From assembly GCA_963677495.2 (NCBI GenBank), contig CAXXOU010000004.1, forward strand, positions 160,001 to 224,000: a stretch of 64,000 nucleotides of DNA. Direction: 5' to 3'. This DNA comes from Candidatus Cloacimonadales bacterium. Its GTDB lineage: Bacteria > Cloacimonadota > Cloacimonadia > Cloacimonadales > JAFGVF01. The position numbers were made by a program, and so were the translations under genes. The notes below the pieces were generated by a model that saw nothing but the letters and a program-made list of their open reading frames with translations, did not search any database and was not told the origin of the DNA. Shown here one piece after another: positions 60,393-64,000 of this stretch (positions within the stretch are counted from its first letter, which is position 1; each line of letters opens with the position of its first letter).

Positions 60393-60683
60393 TTAATAGT
60401 TACCAATAGCTAACTCATAGATGACAGCACTAAAAAATATCCAAAATGATGTTGATAAAATGGAACCCACGATAAGGACAATTAATTGAGCCTTAGCCCA
60501 ATTTGACTTAATCTTATTTGTTGAACTATCGAATGACCAGATAATTAAAACTATGAGATTAATCAATGGGATCCACATTAGAAACATTGTCCAAAGCCAC
60601 TCACCGACACCAATTATCTTTACAGGTTCACCTCTGACCTCAGGTTTGGGCTCCTCTTCAAAGTAGTATGTTTTTTCTTCCAT
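60393..60683 (-). CDS. Small membrane protein
   Basis: GEWLWT...IPLINLI.LIIW.F...N..K.NWAKA.L pattern, two TM segments, GGAGG RBS. Confidence 0.7.
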   Translation of the reverse strand: MEEKTYYFEEEPKPEVRGEPVKIIGVGEWLWTMFLMWIPLINLIVLIIWSFDSSTNKIKSNWAKAQLIVLIVGSILSTSFWIFFSAVIYELAIGNY

Positions 60684-60850
60684 TTTTCCTCCAGTGTGCC
60701 AATTCATAACAGTGAATAGATATATGTCAATTGTTAAGTGATATATGTTATAGAGACTTGTACTAGAGAAATCATACTAATCCAATATCTGTTTACATTC
60801 ACTTGAAAAAGTTCCGAATGTTAGCTTATTGTTCATCAGCTACTATCTTC

Positions 60851-60987
60851 CTATTCTCAGCAGTAATTCATTATCCCAGATTGGTTTTATCTTGGTAACA
60901 ACTTGGCAATTTCTTTGCAATTAGGCCAAGGATAGGCCAAGGGTTGACCAAGGGTTGGGTAAGTGTTTACCAAGAATTACTGCTGAG
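60851..60987. repeat. Palindromic element with inverted 11-bp-periodic arrays, interrupted by the IS
   Basis: Perfect 14-bp IR 60856-60869/60974-60987; TTGG at 60881, 60892, 60903; CCAAG at 60926, 60937, 60948, 60970. Confidence 0.8.
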
Positions 60988-61017
60988 TGTATTGTCCTGA
61001 AATAGTTACCCTAAACT

Positions 61018-61452
61018 ATGAAAGGAAAAGAGATGAAAGAGAAAGAAGAAAAGAGAGTTTTGAGAAACTATAGTGTAGTATTTAAGATGAAAGTAGTAGA
61101 CGAAATCGAGAGTGGATATTTAACTATTAGTGAAGCAACTCAGCTTTATAAAATACCAAGTACGACAACCATTCGAGGTTGGATCAAAAAATATGGAATG
61201 GATCAAAAGATTGATAAGGTGGTACACTATATGACTAAAGATGAAAAGACCGAATTAATCCGCTTACGCAAGGAGAATAGACGGCTTCAGCGTGCATTGG
61301 ACGATAGCTATCTTAAAGAGTTAGCATTAGAGACATTGATAGAAGTATCCGGTAATAAGCTAGGTATGGATCTAAAAAAAAAGCTTGGTTCGATAGTGCA
61401 GGAAAAACTCAAGAAAGAGCTATTGAATGCGGACTCCGATACAGAGGATTAG
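61018..61452 (+). CDS. IS3 transposase OrfA (HTH)
   Basis: YS..FK.KVV.E......EA...Y.I....TI..WIKKYG HTH, coiled coil, A9G slippery site at 61374-61383. Confidence 0.88.
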   Translation: MKGKEMKEKEEKRVLRNYSVVFKMKVVDEIESGYLTISEATQLYKIPSTTTIRGWIKKYGMDQKIDKVVHYMTKDEKTELIRLRKENRRLQRALDDSYLKELALETLIEVSGNKLGMDLKKKLGSIVQEKLKKELLNADSDTED

Positions 61453-62255
61453 AGAGGATTTGTAAGGTGTACGGTTATACAAGACAAGGCTATAATAAGC
61501 ATGTAAAAATACTCGAACGAGATGCTGCGAGAGACCGTGAGATAGTGCGACTCGTGGAAGAGCTCCGGCGAGAACAGGAGACAACAGGCTATCGAATGAT
61601 AATGAAAATGCTTATAAAACATAATGATCCTGACCTAAAGATAAGTAGAGATAAACTAATAGAGTTGTTACGTATGAATAACTTATTGCAAAGACCTCCC
61701 AAGCGATATGTAGTTACAACAAACTGGAAGCATAAATTGAAGATATACCCCAATCTTTTACCGGAAACGAACATCACAAAAAAAGACCAAGTTTGGGTAA
61801 CAGACATTACATATATCTCAGTTGGAAGGGGGTTTATGTATCTGTTTTTAGTAACAGACTACTATTCAAGAAAGATAGTTGGTCACTACTTATCTGATAC
61901 TCTGGAAACAAAAGGAGCAGTGAAGGCATTTAATAAAGCAAAAAGAGGAACAAAAATCCCGCGAGGTATAATACTTCACTCTGATCATGGTGTCCAGTAC
62001 TGTAGTAAAGAATACATCGGATTGCTTAAAAGAAGCCATGCAAGAGTTAGTATGACAGGAAAGAATCACTGCTATGATAATGCAGTCGCTGAAAGAGTAA
62101 ACAGAACATTGAAACATGATCTGGGAATGAAATTGAAATTCCCAAACAAAAAGGTCGCTTTGCAAGCAACGGAAGAAGCAGTTTATATCTATAATAATAA
62201 AAGATATCATTCTTCACTTGACTACAACACTCCTGGAAGTGTATATGCTTCTTAG
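61380..62255 (+). CDS. IS3 transposase OrfB (DDE integrase core), expressed by -1 frameshift
   Basis: WVTDITY, HSDHGVQY, DNAVAERVN DDE triad; -1 frame open from the slippery site. Confidence 0.9.
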   Translation, partial: KAWFDSAGKTQERAIECGLRYRGLERICKVYGYTRQGYNKHVKILERDAARDREIVRLVEELRREQETTGYRMIMKMLIKHNDPDLKISRDKLIELLRMNNLLQRPPKRYVVTTNWKHKLKIYPNLLPETNITKKDQVWVTDITYISVGRGFMYLFLVTDYYSRKIVGHYLSDTLETKGAVKAFNKAKRGTKIPRGIILHSDHGVQYCSKEYIGLLKRSHARVSMTGKNHCYDNAVAERVNRTLKHDLGMKLKFPNKKVALQATEEAVYIYNNKRYHSSLDYNTPGSVYAS

Positions 62256-62633
62256 TAAATCAATTTAGAAAAGATAGAATTATTTCATTCAATTGAAGTA
62301 AACTGAGTAACTAAAACTATGGTAAACTTATTCAGGACACTGCAGAGAGTAGAATGTGAATGAAGCTTATAATACCTATTTCTACATTCACTAATGTTAT
62401 GGTACTGGTTCGAAGTTCTTTTTTCTTTTCTTTTATTTTATCTTCGCTCAATAATCACATCCTTTCATTCTATAGAGCTCTTTGGAAATGAGCGCAAGTC
62501 TAAAATAAAGAGATTGTTTGAAGAAAGAATAATAATGATTATGCACATTGTAATAAGGTGTTAGCTAATTTATCTTGACAACTAAACCTGATTCTCAGAC
62601 TTGCGATATATAATATTTCCTTTGGAGGTTAAT

Positions 62634-63014
62634 ATGACAGTAAAAGATGATTTATATTACACAGAATCTCATGAATGGGTCAAAGTTGAAGGCGACGTGG
62701 CTTACATTGGTATCACCGATTTTGCACAGCAAGAGCTTGGTGAAATAGTTTATGTAGAGCTTCCAGAAGTTGGTGATAGTGTATCTTCAGATGAACCATT
62801 TGGTTCAGTAGAGACATCAAAAGCTGTTGAAGATGTTAACTCACCAATCAGTGGTGAAGTTATTGAAATTAATTCTGACCTTGAAGACAATGCAGAATTA
62901 GTAAACACTAGTCCTTATGGTGAAGGTTGGATGATCAAAGTTCAGCTTAGCGATAAAGAGGAAATCGAACAGCTTTTAAGCGCTTCTGAATATAAGAACG
63001 TTATTGAAGGCTAA
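62634..63014 (+). CDS. gcvH: Glycine cleavage system H protein
   Basis: YTESHEW, GITDFAQ.LG.IV.VELP, VETSKAV lipoyl-Lys, PYGEGW. Confidence 0.95.
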   Translation: MTVKDDLYYTESHEWVKVEGDVAYIGITDFAQQELGEIVYVELPEVGDSVSSDEPFGSVETSKAVEDVNSPISGEVIEINSDLEDNAELVNTSPYGEGWMIKVQLSDKEEIEQLLSASEYKNVIEG

Positions 63015-63068
63015 ACGAATTAACTTTTAGGAAAGCCGTTACTTCGGTAACGGCTTCATTTTATAATT

Positions 63069-63695
63069 ATGAATAGAAAAGATTATTGCCCGACCAAACC
63101 CTTTCTGATTATCTTGTCTGCTCCTTCCGGTGGTGGAAAATCCACTATCTTGGGTGAGATACTCAAGGAGAATGGAAATATTGATTATTCCATCTCCTAT
63201 ACTACTCGAGCACCTCGTGGTGAAGAGAAAGATGGTGTTCACTATTTCTTCGTAACAGAGGAGAAGTTCAAAGAGATGATAGATGCCGGTGATTTCCTTG
63301 AGTATGCCCTTGTGCATGGTAACTATTACGGTACATCTAAAAGCTATATTAAGAGTAGAATCGATGCAGGAAGACATGTAATTATGGATATCGATGTGCA
63401 GGGAGCGAACCAGATAACCAATAGTGATTTGGATATTGTAAAGATATTCATACTTCCCCCTGATAAGTCTGTTTTGGAAGATCGACTACGTAAACGTGGA
63501 ACTGATTCTGATGAAGCTATTAAGAAAAGGTTGACAAATGCAGACGTTGAATTGGGTTATATCAAAGACTATGAGTATGTGATAATTAATGATGAGTTGT
63601 CTCAAGCTGTGGAGGATGTAAAAACAATCATCTCAGCAGAAGAGCTCACACGAGAAAGATATTCTGAAATAGATACAAAATTCTACAGAGGTTAA
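63069..63695 (+). CDS. gmk: Guanylate kinase
   Basis: SAPSGGGKST, SYTTRAPR.GE.DG..Y, NYYGT, DIDVQG. Confidence 0.96.
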   Translation: MNRKDYCPTKPFLIILSAPSGGGKSTILGEILKENGNIDYSISYTTRAPRGEEKDGVHYFFVTEEKFKEMIDAGDFLEYALVHGNYYGTSKSYIKSRIDAGRHVIMDIDVQGANQITNSDLDIVKIFILPPDKSVLEDRLRKRGTDSDEAIKKRLTNADVELGYIKDYEYVIINDELSQAVEDVKTIISAEELTRERYSEIDTKFYRG

Positions 63696-63696
63696 G

Positions 63697-64000
63697 ATGA
63701 TTAATTCAAAAATCGAGAAGTTTCTTGAAAATCATAACATGAACTACCTTTTCTGCTTACTCTCAAACAAAGAGGTGCAGAGATTAAATGATCTTCCTGA
63801 GTTTGTAAGAAATAAATTCATGAAGAAACTTACTGAAGTTGCAATGGAACATGTTGCTGTAAATGATATTCCTGACTATTTGGAAGAGATTGAACAGCAC
63901 ATGGCTCTTGAAGAGGAGAAACGTCTTGCTGCTATGCAGGATGAAGATATTGATGAAGATGATGACAATATCGAAGAACTCCCATTCGTAATGGATGACA
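63697..64000 (+). CDS. Partial ORF, possible divergent RNA polymerase omega subunit with acidic tail
   Basis: Open frame MINSKIEKFLENHNMNYLF... runs off the window; directly after gmk where rpoZ commonly lies; KKLTEVAMEH resembles omega K..T.AL.E. Confidence 0.45.
   Translation, partial: MINSKIEKFLENHNMNYLFCLLSNKEVQRLNDLPEFVRNKFMKKLTEVAMEHVAVNDIPDYLEEIEQHMALEEEKRLAAMQDEDIDEDDDNIEELPFVMDD

Larger units (their letters stand above)
60988..62344 (+). mobile_element. IS3-family insertion sequence, 1357 bp
   Basis: TG..CA ends; IRL TGTATTGTCCTGAAATAG / IRR(rc) TGCAGTGTCCTGAATAAG; 3-bp target duplication GAG (60985-60987, 62345-62347); orfA/orfB. Confidence 0.93.

Noticed and set aside
62345..62633. 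Glycine riboswitch upstream of gcvH
   Set aside because: No GGAGA...CCGAAG...CTCTCAGG consensus; promoter-like TTGACA is only ~60 bp from the start

Overview
AT-rich diderm bacterial chromosome segment, most likely Cloacimonadota or a related FCB-group anaerobe. This is an inference from eight secreted proteins ending in an xPNP(F)..FlgD/T9SS-like C-terminal domain, LPS/OM biogenesis genes, a fermentative-type OTCase and a Na+-decarboxylase beta subunit. Most of the window is housekeeping and envelope genes (argF, plsC, rlmD, zupT, lptD, gmhB, purC, cdd, secG, trpS, hup, gcvH, gmk). It also holds a two-component cluster, a tandemly duplicated A-B-A'-B' array of secreted proteins (last copy frameshifted) and one intact IS3-family element. 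The most notable observations are: (1) the tRNA-Leu behind secG has anticodon AAG rather than the usual GAG; (2) a ~170-nt multi-stem RNA-like leader lies ahead of a methyltransferase; (3) large intergenic regions are mosaics of shared modules, including a ~160-bp covarying stem-loop carrying an inverted pair of DnaA-box sequences and several 11-bp-periodic arrays; (4) a histidine kinase has its phospho-His replaced by Tyr; (5) promoters have a near-invariant TTGACA but no clear TATAAT. No CRISPR array, prophage, rRNA or reverse transcriptase was seen.
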